Part shown: positions 15,836 to 24,238 of the stretch, in pieces
Layout: each line of letters opens with the position of its first letter
Position numbering within the stretch: the first letter of the stretch is position 1
DNA from: Candidatus Scalindua sp.
GTDB lineage: Bacteria; Planctomycetota; Brocadiia; Brocadiales; Scalinduaceae
Assembly (NCBI GenBank): GCA_031316235.1
Contig: JALDRA010000001.1
Span: 1,290,001-1,322,000 of the forward strand
Direction of reading: 5' to 3'
Length of the DNA stretch: 32,000 nt
Notes under the pieces: model-generated
Databases searched by the model: none
Told to the model about the DNA's origin: nothing
What the model saw: the letters and a program-made list of their open reading frames with translations, nothing else
Made by a program: the position numbers and the translations under genes

Positions 15836-18493
15836 TCAATTATACAGACCTTTTTTCTGAATCAGCAACTCTGCAAACTCATCAGCAGGTACCGGTTTGC
15901 TGAAGAGAAATCCCTGCATTTCATCACATTTCCGCTGCTTGAGGAAGGAGAGCTGTTCTATGGCCTCAACCCCTTCGGCAATCACCTTGAATTTGAGACT
16001 TTGCGCCAAGTCTATGACTAATGAAACAATCGCTTTATCGCTCTGATCTCTCACAATGTCGCGTACGAAATGCTGACTGATTTTGAGCTTGGTGATAGGG
16101 AATTTCTTCAGATAGTACAAAGAAGAGTATCCGGTTCCGAAATCATCAATGGCTATTTGAATCCCGAGGCTGCATAACTTCTCAAATTTCCGTATTATCG
16201 TTTCCAGATTCTGCATTGCAACGCTTTCAGTAATTTCCAGCATCAGGAAATGTGGATCAAGGCCGGTTTTTTCTAATATGGAAGTAACAATTCCCACCAA
16301 GTCCTCCTCCTGAAACGTATGCGAAGAGAGGTTTACGGCCACACGCGAATCCTGAAAACCTGTATCATGCCAGATTTTGTTTTGTAAACATACCGTATGC
16401 AGGACCAGTTTGTCAATGGAGACAATCAGCCTGGTGTCTTCAGCCAGGTAGAGGAATTCTTCGGGGAGGATTAATCCCTGGTCCGGGTGCTGCCAACGCA
16501 GGAGGGCTTCTACACCGACTATACGCCCGGTATCAATATTCACCTGCGGCTGGTAATAGACCCTGAATTCCCTGCACTCTAATGCACGGCAAAGATCATT
16601 TTCCATTATCATTTTCTTATTGGATTTAATGTGTATGGCAGTATTGTAAAAGCGATAACCGTTCTTCCCTTCTTCCTTGACACGGTACATTGCAGCGTCA
16701 GCATTCTTCAACAGTGTGTCAACATCTCTACCATCATTGGGGAATATGGCTACTCCGATGCTGACGGTGATGTAGAATTTCTGTCCGCCGATTATGCAGG
16801 GTTGATTGAATATTTTAAGGATTTTATTGAGAACCGTCTTCACGTCTCCCACTTGATTGATACCGGGCAATAAGAGGTTGAACTCGTCACCCCCAAATCT
16901 TGCGATCGTATCATCAACACGGATACAGTTTTTTAATTTGCCGGAAATGTTCTGAAGCAATCGATCGCCCTCGGCATGCCCCAGTGTATCATTGATGATC
17001 TTGAACCTGTCGAGATCGAGAAACAATACGGCCAGCATCTCGTTATTACGGTGTGCATGGGCTAACGCAAGGGTTAAACGATCATTGAACAATACACGGT
17101 TTGGCAGCGTGGTAAGGCAATCGTGAAAAGCCATATGCTTAATCTTTTCTTCAGCCTGCCTTCGTTCACTTATTTCTGCCCGCAGTGTCTCGTTTGTTCT
17201 TTTCAAATCAGCGGTACGGGCAGTAACCTGCACCCTGAGAACTTTATTCCAATTACGAATTTGACGGATCATTGCATTAAACGTTGTTGCTAATATCGCG
17301 GCTTCATCAGAGGTGGTTATCTTTGTTTGAACATTCAGATTACCGTCTTTTACCTCTTTTGCGGTTTTGCTCAAATGCCGGATAGGAGCTGAAATTCTAC
17401 CAGCTATTACCGATGTTAGTGCAAGCACAACGAAGATGCTGATCAGACCGATATAGAAGAAGTAATGGAGGTTAGTCTGCAAAGGTGCCATTACTTCTGC
17501 CTGGTCACGTTTGATTACCATTCCCCACCCCATTTCTGACGTTATGCGGATATGCCGATATGCCGCCAGAACCGGCCTGCCACGATAGTCATCAGCAGCT
17601 ATGATTCCTTCTGATCCTCCGGCGGCAAGTATCGCAGATCGCGATTTTATCCTGTGTTCCAATGGTCTTGCTATCGTTCCGTCTCCCAATGGGGATTTGA
17701 GCGGCATAAGTAATTTTCCATCACTATCGACCAGGAAAACCTCGTCAGTATCAGACAGCCCCCCGCCGGTACGAAGCATTGGCATGATAAAATCATCTGC
17801 ATTGATACACATGATAAGTACTGCAAGTACCTTGTCATCGTCGTTCCGATTCATGGTGCTTGAGATGATCAGATTGAATTTATCACTCAGCGGATCTTTG
17901 TAAATATTCATTACTTCTCTGAAACGTTGACAAAGACTATCGGTGAAAAAATTTTCCCGGTAAATATCAGAACCCAGGTCTTCCGTTCGTGTAGAGGATA
18001 TAATTTTGCCGGATTGTACGTCAGCAATTTTTATGTTTTCATATACCCCGTATGTTGTTTTAACGAGGTTCAGGTGCTGAAAAAGATCTTGATACCTCTT
18101 TTCTCCGCGCACCGCAGACCACAGTTCCGGTCCTTTCATTCCAGTCTTACTATTTTCCGATATAGTATGGGTCAGGTCTGCTACCTGAGATTGTAACAAA
18201 TTGCTCTCGCATATAACTTTCGTATCATCTCTACGCTCTTCCATCCAGCGCAGCAGACGCTCTTTCTTGAGATCGGCAATGAGATTAAGACTTCGAAATA
18301 CCTCGGATTGCTGTTCCTTTTTTCTACCATCAAAATCAGTGAACGGTATACCGTAAATACTCACAAATTCGACAATTATCAACAATGTGGTAAACATAAG
18401 GCCAAAAGAGATCAGCATTTTCGATTTAATACTCATGAAGAAACTGTGCCGAGTTGAATCTCCCGAATGCTTACCGTTGGGTTTTCTATTCAT
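15836..18493 (-). CDS. membrane sensor with periplasmic Cache-like domain, HAMP, GGDEF and EAL domains (c-di-GMP turnover)
   Basis: 885 aa. Two TM segments bracket a ~300-aa periplasmic domain, followed by a HAMP-like linker. Intact RFGGDEF and EALLRW/DDFGTGYSS motifs. The start may be an internal Met (MSIKSK). Confidence 0.88.
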   Translation of the reverse strand: MNRKPNGKHSGDSTRHSFFMSIKSKMLISFGLMFTTLLIIVEFVSIYGIPFTDFDGRKKEQQSEVFRSLNLIADLKKERLLRWMEERRDDTKVICESNLLQSQVADLTHTISENSKTGMKGPELWSAVRGEKRYQDLFQHLNLVKTTYGVYENIKIADVQSGKIISSTRTEDLGSDIYRENFFTDSLCQRFREVMNIYKDPLSDKFNLIISSTMNRNDDDKVLAVLIMCINADDFIMPMLRTGGGLSDTDEVFLVDSDGKLLMPLKSPLGDGTIARPLEHRIKSRSAILAAGGSEGIIAADDYRGRPVLAAYRHIRITSEMGWGMVIKRDQAEVMAPLQTNLHYFFYIGLISIFVVLALTSVIAGRISAPIRHLSKTAKEVKDGNLNVQTKITTSDEAAILATTFNAMIRQIRNWNKVLRVQVTARTADLKRTNETLRAEISERRQAEEKIKHMAFHDCLTTLPNRVLFNDRLTLALAHAHRNNEMLAVLFLDLDRFKIINDTLGHAEGDRLLQNISGKLKNCIRVDDTIARFGGDEFNLLLPGINQVGDVKTVLNKILKIFNQPCIIGGQKFYITVSIGVAIFPNDGRDVDTLLKNADAAMYRVKEEGKNGYRFYNTAIHIKSNKKMIMENDLCRALECREFRVYYQPQVNIDTGRIVGVEALLRWQHPDQGLILPEEFLYLAEDTRLIVSIDKLVLHTVCLQNKIWHDTGFQDSRVAVNLSSHTFQEEDLVGIVTSILEKTGLDPHFLMLEITESVAMQNLETIIRKFEKLCSLGIQIAIDDFGTGYSSLYYLKKFPITKLKISQHFVRDIVRDQSDKAIVSLVIDLAQSLKFKVIAEGVEAIEQLSFLKQRKCDEMQGFLFSKPVPADEFAELLIQKKGLYN

Positions 18494-18499
18494 TTTACC

Positions 18500-19633
18500 T
18501 TATTCAGTGGTGTAATTGAATTTATCAGTCCTATATTTTTTTTGATTATCAAGCACTTCAAATATAATTTGATTATCAAAGCAGTTTTCAACAGTATCCC
18601 AATTGATGGAAGCATGAATCTTACCCTTCGCTTGAAGAAATATGAATTCGGTGTATAACAAGCCGTTTTGCCTGAGGTCATTTCGAGGAATAACAGGGAC
18701 AGAGGTTATCCCTATAAGGTCGTGTAAGGCCAGTGCTGCATACTGAACCGAACTGAGTTCTAATTCCCTGCCTGACAAAGCTGCACACTCTTCGAGTACC
18801 CACTCACTCGCCTGCAGGAGGTTTTGCCTATTACTCTGCATCCAGCGTATAGCACGGATTTCTGCCGCTACTATTTGTCGTACGGCTTCGTGGTGTTTAT
18901 CCGAAAAAGATTTTAAAAATACTACATAGCCAGAACTGAGATGCCGGTGAAGAACAACACATTCAGGATGTTTTGTGAGAGCAATTTCCGGGGTGGGTTC
19001 TCCGGCTGAGAAGGCATCGATCTTACCATCAGCAAGAGCGTCTGGCATTTCAGCAGCCTCCATGGGAACCAGAGCGACCTTGTCCTCATTAAGCCCCCAG
19101 GAAGAGAGCGCCTTGAGCAGGGCATAGTGTGCGTTAGAACCAAAGACATAGCCGATATTCCTGCCGCGTAATTCACCCATCATCATGGGACGATCGGCAA
19201 TAATCGAAGTAAAACCCTGCTGAATTAAAGCGGGAATGATGATATCCAGAGTAGCTGCAGCAATAATAGCAGACATGTCACCGGCAATACCAGCATCAAG
19301 ATCTCCCATTTCAAGAAAAAAGTTTATGTCTTCTCCCTTTAAAAATGAGTAGAAGATGCTCTTCATATTGAGCTCTGACAGTGCATTGCCAAGGACTCTA
19401 TCCCGTTTCATGGCCTCTGTTATAAGACTGGTAGGTAAATAGAGCGGTTGGCATCCTATGGCGATAACATTTTCTCTATTTTTAATTTTATAATCGGTAT
19501 AATTGTGATGAGGGGAAGGATTCGACGCTGAAGTTATTGAGACTCCCGCAGTCTCTTCAGCTTTCAGATGATAGCGAAAGAGCAGAAGGATCAATCCCGC
19601 TATCAGCAAAGTGCCAGTGATTTTTGCCTTCAT
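18500..19633 (-). CDS. periplasmic substrate-binding protein, SsuA/TauA/NMT1-like
   Basis: Signal peptide MKAKITGTLLIAGLILLLF. Two-lobe SBP-like sequence (GKIDAFSAGEPTPEIAL). Ends 6 nt before the sensor gene, implying an operon. Confidence 0.6.
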   Translation of the reverse strand: MKAKITGTLLIAGLILLLFRYHLKAEETAGVSITSASNPSPHHNYTDYKIKNRENVIAIGCQPLYLPTSLITEAMKRDRVLGNALSELNMKSIFYSFLKGEDINFFLEMGDLDAGIAGDMSAIIAAATLDIIIPALIQQGFTSIIADRPMMMGELRGRNIGYVFGSNAHYALLKALSSWGLNEDKVALVPMEAAEMPDALADGKIDAFSAGEPTPEIALTKHPECVVLHRHLSSGYVVFLKSFSDKHHEAVRQIVAAEIRAIRWMQSNRQNLLQASEWVLEECAALSGRELELSSVQYAALALHDLIGITSVPVIPRNDLRQNGLLYTEFIFLQAKGKIHASINWDTVENCFDNQIIFEVLDNQKKYRTDKFNYTTE

Positions 19634-19761
19634 TAGACGGTAACCTCAATTTATAATGGTGCTCTAAGCTGCCAATATAACGAAATTTGAAGCTTTTCAA
19701 CCGCTGAAAGTTTTCATCGTTACACCATAATCAGAGATCAGATTCAGTCATTTATCAAACT

Positions 19762-20259
19762 TCAATTAAGTTTTGAAACCACCAAGACAGCGAGTAAATA
19801 GAGTATTTTACGGGCCGACGACAAAATCTCACTATCTCCGTCTCCCGGTTCTTTCGTGCAAACGTAACGAAATTTCTCATGTACTCTTTTAATGACCTCA
19901 CCTAAATTTATCAGAGCTTCCCTGAAATCTGAATCTCTTGACGATCTTAATTTCCCAATTATTCTCATTATTGAATTTCCATCCGGCTTTTCTTCAGGGT
20001 CAGCAAGTAACGTTTCAAGTGGTGGATCCTGAAAAATCAGCGTATCTACCGATCTGTCCTTCAAAAGCCTCTTTATCTCTTCGTCGGAAAGTTTTGCGAA
20101 AAGTGTGCCCATGCTCTGACGATTACATTCACTTGATCCCGTCATAACTCCCGCAATCTTTATCATTGATCTCCACAGGGTATCAAAAGCTTCGCTGTCA
20201 GGAAGAGGCTGTGTCGAAATAATCTCAGAGAGCACCTGTTCTTTTTCAGTATTTTCCAT
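19762..20259 (-). CDS. hypothetical protein
   Basis: 165-aa ORF with coding-like composition. No recognisable motif. Confidence 0.45.
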   Translation of the reverse strand: MENTEKEQVLSEIISTQPLPDSEAFDTLWRSMIKIAGVMTGSSECNRQSMGTLFAKLSDEEIKRLLKDRSVDTLIFQDPPLETLLADPEEKPDGNSIMRIIGKLRSSRDSDFREALINLGEVIKRVHEKFRYVCTKEPGDGDSEILSSARKILYLLAVLVVSKLN

Positions 20260-20350
20260 TTTATTACTCTTTGAATCCTTCTATTTTTCAAGTATTTTCT
20301 GAAGAAGAGCCAGGATATTCATTTTTGTATCCTTTCTACTCATTCCCCAT

Positions 20351-20533
20351 TTATTTTCCCGATTGTTTCCGGTAACTGATCCGGTAAATAACACCGGCAT
20401 GATCATCAGAAACAAGGAGTGCACCATCAGGCATGGTAAGTAAATCAACAGGCCGTCCCCACGCTTTGCCGTCCTGAAGCCAACCTTCCGAAAATACTTC
20501 CTGTTTCACTGCACGGTTGCCGTCAAACTGCAC
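20351..20533 (-). pseudogene. C-terminal fragment of a PQQ-dependent sugar (sorbosone/aldose) dehydrogenase
   Basis: 60 codons ending GRPVDLLTMPDGALLVSDDHAGVIYRISY, the conserved last blade of this family. In-frame TGA TAA lies immediately upstream, so about 300 N-terminal codons are missing. Confidence 0.55.
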
Positions 20534-20687
20534 ACTTACCAGCCGTGAGACTTATCACGCGGGAAGTGTGCAGTTGTGTTACGTTACCTGCTTCACCATT
20601 TGATAATTGAATAAAAACCATGCCTGCTGCCTCTATTTCCGGGTTAAGCGCATCCGGCCTACCCCTATGGCGGACTGTAACCAGAAC

Positions 20688-21878
20688 TTACCCCGTAATA
20701 TCTCTTTTCGGACCAAAATATTCATAGAGTATGTTGTTTGAAGTGATTCCCCAATTGATTAATTCCCGGTACAGGCCTTTCATCATTGAAGTTGGACCGC
20801 AGAGATAAAACTCTGCATCCTTATCATAATCCAGAATCTCTTTGATTGAATCCAGAGTGATTCTACCCTCTTTTATATCAACTGCGTTCGCAGAATTACG
20901 AGAATAAAAAAATTTGTGCTTGAAGTTTTTAAAATCAGATGTCAATGTTACCACATCATCCTTAAATGCATGGGTATTCCCATCAGGTGTTCCATGAATA
21001 AAATATATCTGCCTCTTCAGTTCTTGGTCTGCAGCGTTCTGCAGAATACTCATCATCGGAGTTATCCCGACACCGCAACTGATAAGTACCGCCGGCTTGT
21101 CTGCCTCACTTAGAGAGAAACAACCGTAGGGGGGATTTATCTTTATTTTATCTCCCAGGCAGAGGGTATTGTGGAGATAATTTGATACGAGGCCGTTTTC
21201 TTCCCGTTTCACTGAAATCCGATAGTTCCTTCCATTCGGGCTGTCTGAGAGCGAATAGTTACGAAAAACAATTCCCCTTTCAGGCATATCCAGCATGATA
21301 CTGATATACTGACCTGCTCTGTATGCTGCTACAGGTTTATCGTCTGAAGGTTCCAGGTAAAATGAGGTTATAAGGATACTTTCTTCCTCCTTCTGAGTGA
21401 CTGTAAAATTTCTGTAGCCTTTCCAGCCGCCTTCTTTTGCCAGGGTATCCTTATATTTTCTACTCTCGGTGTCAATTATGATATCTGAAAAGTTCTCGAT
21501 CGCTTCTTTCCAGGCACTCTCTACTTCAGGAGTTTTTACGTCACCGAGAACAGTCCCGATTGCCTCCAGCATACAGGGAATGACAATTGAATATTGTACA
21601 GGTTTAATGTTCAGTGAAGCGTGTTTTTCCGCTATTTCGTTTACAAGCGGTTTCATTGCATCAAGATTATCTATGGAATTGGCATAATCTATTATTGATG
21701 CTGCAAATGCACGCGGTTGAGTATTATCCCGCAGATGTGCCTGATTGAAAAACATTTTCAGTGCGGGATAACGACGGAACATTATTGGATAAAGCGACAT
21801 TGCTAATTCTCCTGCTTTTTGCTCAATAACCGGCGCTGTTGCTTTTATAATCGCTATTGTCTTATCTGTAAGGCCCAT
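20688..21878 (-). CDS. hmp: flavohaemoglobin (NO dioxygenase)
   Basis: 396 aa. Globin domain with the B10 Tyr (SLYPIMF), E7 Gln and proximal His (EKHASLNIKPVQY). FAD site RNYSLS and NAD(P) site GVGITPMMSIL. Confidence 0.92.
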   Translation of the reverse strand: MGLTDKTIAIIKATAPVIEQKAGELAMSLYPIMFRRYPALKMFFNQAHLRDNTQPRAFAASIIDYANSIDNLDAMKPLVNEIAEKHASLNIKPVQYSIVIPCMLEAIGTVLGDVKTPEVESAWKEAIENFSDIIIDTESRKYKDTLAKEGGWKGYRNFTVTQKEEESILITSFYLEPSDDKPVAAYRAGQYISIMLDMPERGIVFRNYSLSDSPNGRNYRISVKREENGLVSNYLHNTLCLGDKIKINPPYGCFSLSEADKPAVLISCGVGITPMMSILQNAADQELKRQIYFIHGTPDGNTHAFKDDVVTLTSDFKNFKHKFFYSRNSANAVDIKEGRITLDSIKEILDYDKDAEFYLCGPTSMMKGLYRELINWGITSNNILYEYFGPKRDITG

Positions 21879-21943
21879 ATTCTGTTTTCTAAAATGGGTT
21901 TCGGGTGATACATTGCTCCATACAAGGTGTATTGCACCGATTG

Positions 21944-22055
21944 TATACTAAAACCGATTTGATTTCCGGTTTTACCGGAAATCAAATCTTGGTGAAGGTA
22001 TACCCGCTCAATTTTATCTCGGATTTTATCCGAAATCCAGTATGAGATGAGCATA
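21944..22055 (+). repeat. family-1 intergenic element, copy C (112-nt form)
   Basis: Gap-free alignment to copy B (hand count 105/112). Begins immediately after the wrbA stop codon (22056-22058) and ends 65 nt before the hmp ATG. Confidence 0.95.
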
Positions 22056-22667
22056 TTATGCTGTTAACTTTTTAGCTATTTTTGCAACGTGCTCTCCCTG
22101 GAAGCGTGCTCCGGCAAGCTCGTTATCGCTGGGGAAACGACTCCCGTCAGTGCCGGCAATGGTAGACGAGCCATACGGTGAGCAGCCCGTGATCTCATCC
22201 ATCGTCATCTGTCCTTTAAAGGCGTAGGGTAATCCGACAATCACCATGCCCTGATGCAGCAGCGTTATATGAAAGCTGAGAATCGTAGACTCCTGCCCTC
22301 CATGCTGAGTGTTCGTGCTGGCAAATACGCTTCCAACCTTTCCAACCAGGGCTCCACTCAACCATAGATTCCCGGTCGAATCAAGAAACTGCCGCATCTG
22401 TCCGCACATGTTGCCGAAACGGGTCGGAGTACCGAAGACAATAGCATCTGCATCTGCCAACTCATCCACGGTGCAGATTGGTATGTGAGACTGCTTTGCC
22501 AGCGAGTCTCCTGCACCCATTTTCTCAAGCACTTCCCGGGATAATGTTTCCGGCACGCGCCTCAGTTCTGCTTCTACCCCTTCAATCGACCGTGCCCCTT
22601 CTGCCACTTCCTGTCCCAACCTGTATACATGACCATACATTGAGTAGTAGACTACGAGTACTTTCAT
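22056..22667 (-). CDS. wrbA: NAD(P)H:quinone oxidoreductase, flavodoxin-like
   Basis: 203 aa. [15 protein letters not shown]-terminus and overall WrbA-type pattern ([10 protein letters not shown]). Confidence 0.9.
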   Translation of the reverse strand: MKVLVVYYSMYGHVYRLGQEVAEGARSIEGVEAELRRVPETLSREVLEKMGAGDSLAKQSHIPICTVDELADADAIVFGTPTRFGNMCGQMRQFLDSTGNLWLSGALVGKVGSVFASTNTQHGGQESTILSFHITLLHQGMVIVGLPYAFKGQMTMDEITGCSPYGSSTIAGTDGSRFPSDNELAGARFQGEHVAKIAKKLTA

Positions 22668-22911
22668 GATAACCTCCTAAAAAATTGATCGAAATTTACT
22701 CCGTTGGTGGTTTTTCCTGTGCCTTGTTGCCTGCCTCCTTTTATTGAGAAATCTGTCAAAAAGTAGTTTTAAGGTGATCTGTTTTATTCCTCATACCGTT
22801 TAATTCTTTTTCTCAACATATTTACTTCAGTTGATAAGTTAGTATGATTTTGTATATAGCTTCATTATCTCAAGCCAAGCACTCTTTGTCCATTCTTATA
22901 ATATATTTTCT

Positions 22912-23121
22912 CTAAAACTTCATCAATCGACCAGGGTCATAGTGTGAGAATTTCTCCAGCATTCGATCTAGCTTTACCCCATAACCACTACTCAAATTGA
23001 CGATAGCTTTAATCCCCAGCGCATCCATTTTTTCAATCAGGAATGCCGGGGTTACGTCACTTGAAATTGGTCTTTGTCTGACTATTCTACGATCTTTGCA
23101 TATTTTACGCTTATCTTTCAT
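22912..23121 (-). pseudogene. amidohydrolase-family (TIM-barrel metal hydrolase) fragment
   Basis: 69 codons. TPAFLIEKMDALGIKAIVNLS...HYDPGR resembles residues ~30-90 of amidohydrolase-2-type proteins. The N-terminal HxH region and the whole C-terminal barrel are absent. Confidence 0.4.
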
Positions 23122-23175
23122 TTCATTGACTCCTTCATTGCTATCTTAACCACTTTTTCCTGATAATCACGTGCG

Positions 23176-23257
23176 TCATCACACCAATCATTCCGGCAGG
23201 CTCTTATGTTTAAAGCGCACGAAAACTCTTCCATAATTTTTACTGTCCTTGCCAATA
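23176..23257 (-). repeat. direct repeat R1 (remnant of an Smr 3' end plus the ATGATTGGTGTGATGA junction)
   Basis: Aligns without gaps to 23569-23650 (hand count 71/82). In the Smr frame it still reads IIGKDSKNYGRVFVRFKHKSLPE*, compared with ...IDKDSTNYGRIFVRFKHKTLPG* in the intact gene. Confidence 0.85.
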
Positions 23258-23584
23258 ATGACAAGGTATTAAATGAAATGATTTCTTTATATCCCCTATC
23301 TTGATTTTGCCGGCTACCAGCATCTCTTTTTTAAATTTTGGTAGTTTTTTCACGTTTACTTCAATCTTCAAAGCCAACCCCCTGCTGCCAATCTTTTTTT
23401 TCATAACCAGTTCTAAAGGAGCCTTTCCTCTTAAGTATTTTGATCCTTTCTTATTACTGCTTTTGTGTTCTTCAAATCTTCTTTCTACATCAGTTGTTAT
23501 GCCTGTATATAATCTCCCATGTTTGCATCTTATCAAATACAGGAACCAGTATTTCATTGTATTATTGTTCATCACACCAATCAT
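23240..23584 (-). CDS. GIY-YIG nuclease superfamily protein (YhbQ/UPF0213-like)
   Basis: WFLYLIRCKHGRLYTGITTDVERRFEEHKS is the GIY-YIG signature block. The likely start is MKYW at 23557. The last 7 codons run out of frame into repeat R1. Confidence 0.8.
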   Translation of the reverse strand: MIGVMNNNTMKYWFLYLIRCKHGRLYTGITTDVERRFEEHKSSNKKGSKYLRGKAPLELVMKKKIGSRGLALKIEVNVKKLPKFKKEMLVAGKIKIGDIKKSFHLIPCHYWQGQ

Positions 23585-23650
23585 CCTGGCAGGGTTTTAT
23601 GTTTAAAACGCACAAAGATTCTTCCATAATTTGTACTGTCTTTGTCAATA
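23569..23650 (-). repeat. direct repeat R2 (authentic Smr 3' end plus junction)
   Basis: See R1. The two repeats are offset by 393 bp. Confidence 0.85.
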
Positions 23651-23862
23651 CGGTGATACTTCTTTTTTATGTCAGGGCGTTCCAGAAAGCGTAGAACGGT
23701 TTTCTTTAACTGTCCGCTGCCTTTTCCGGGAATGATTTCCACGAGCACAATCCTTTTTTCATTGGCCTCCTCGATTATCCGGTTGAGCTCTTTCTCAATC
23801 AAATTCCCCTTTTTGCATATTTCATGCAAATCCAATTTCAGTTTTGCCATAATGTGCCTCAT
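23581..23862 (-). CDS. Smr (small MutS-related) domain protein
   Basis: KLDLHE...VEIIPGKGSGQLKKTVLRFL matches the Smr LDLHG / hG.G.G.L pattern. The likely start is the ATG at 23850, which has GAGG 6 nt upstream. The stop overlaps the downstream ATG (ATGA). Confidence 0.75.
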   Translation of the reverse strand: MRHIMAKLKLDLHEICKKGNLIEKELNRIIEEANEKRIVLVEIIPGKGSGQLKKTVLRFLERPDIKKKYHRIDKDSTNYGRIFVRFKHKTLPG

Positions 23863-24095
23863 TAATAATACCTTCTTTGAACTATCTTTTCATTCCTCTT
23901 TAAGGTATTTGTTATGAAAATCAGCTGTTTTTTAATACCTTTGAGTACTATAACGTGTACCGAATCTGGATTCAACTACTTCTTGCCGCATCATGTTTCC
24001 TCCCGAAATTTACCAGATATCAACTTACATCATCTCCCGGTTACCGTGACAATATGATACTTGCACTCCCATACGGTATGTGATAGACTTTTCAT
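23862..24095 (-). pseudogene. IS200-type (Y1) transposase tnpA remnant
   Basis: ATG at 24095 with an AAGGTGG RBS opens MKSLSHTVWECKYHIVTVTGR*, compared with the IS200 TnpA N-terminus ...KSLAHTRWNCKYHIVFAPKYRR. Downstream frames retain ISGKFREE, PDSVHVIV, LKGIKKQLIF and QRRYY blocks separated by stops and deletions. Upstream (24144-24185) lie hairpins TGCGG/CCGCA and CCGCAG/CTGCGG, resembling an IS200 left end. Confidence 0.55.
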
Positions 24096-24238
24096 CAGAT
24101 TAGCCACCTTCATTCATAGTGATACTCTTCAAGCATTCCAGTATGCGGCAATATACCGCAGGAGACCTCTTTGTTACTACTGCGGCATAGCGGTTGACTT
24201 TCTCACCCGGCAGTGATGGTGATTTGACTGTATACTGA

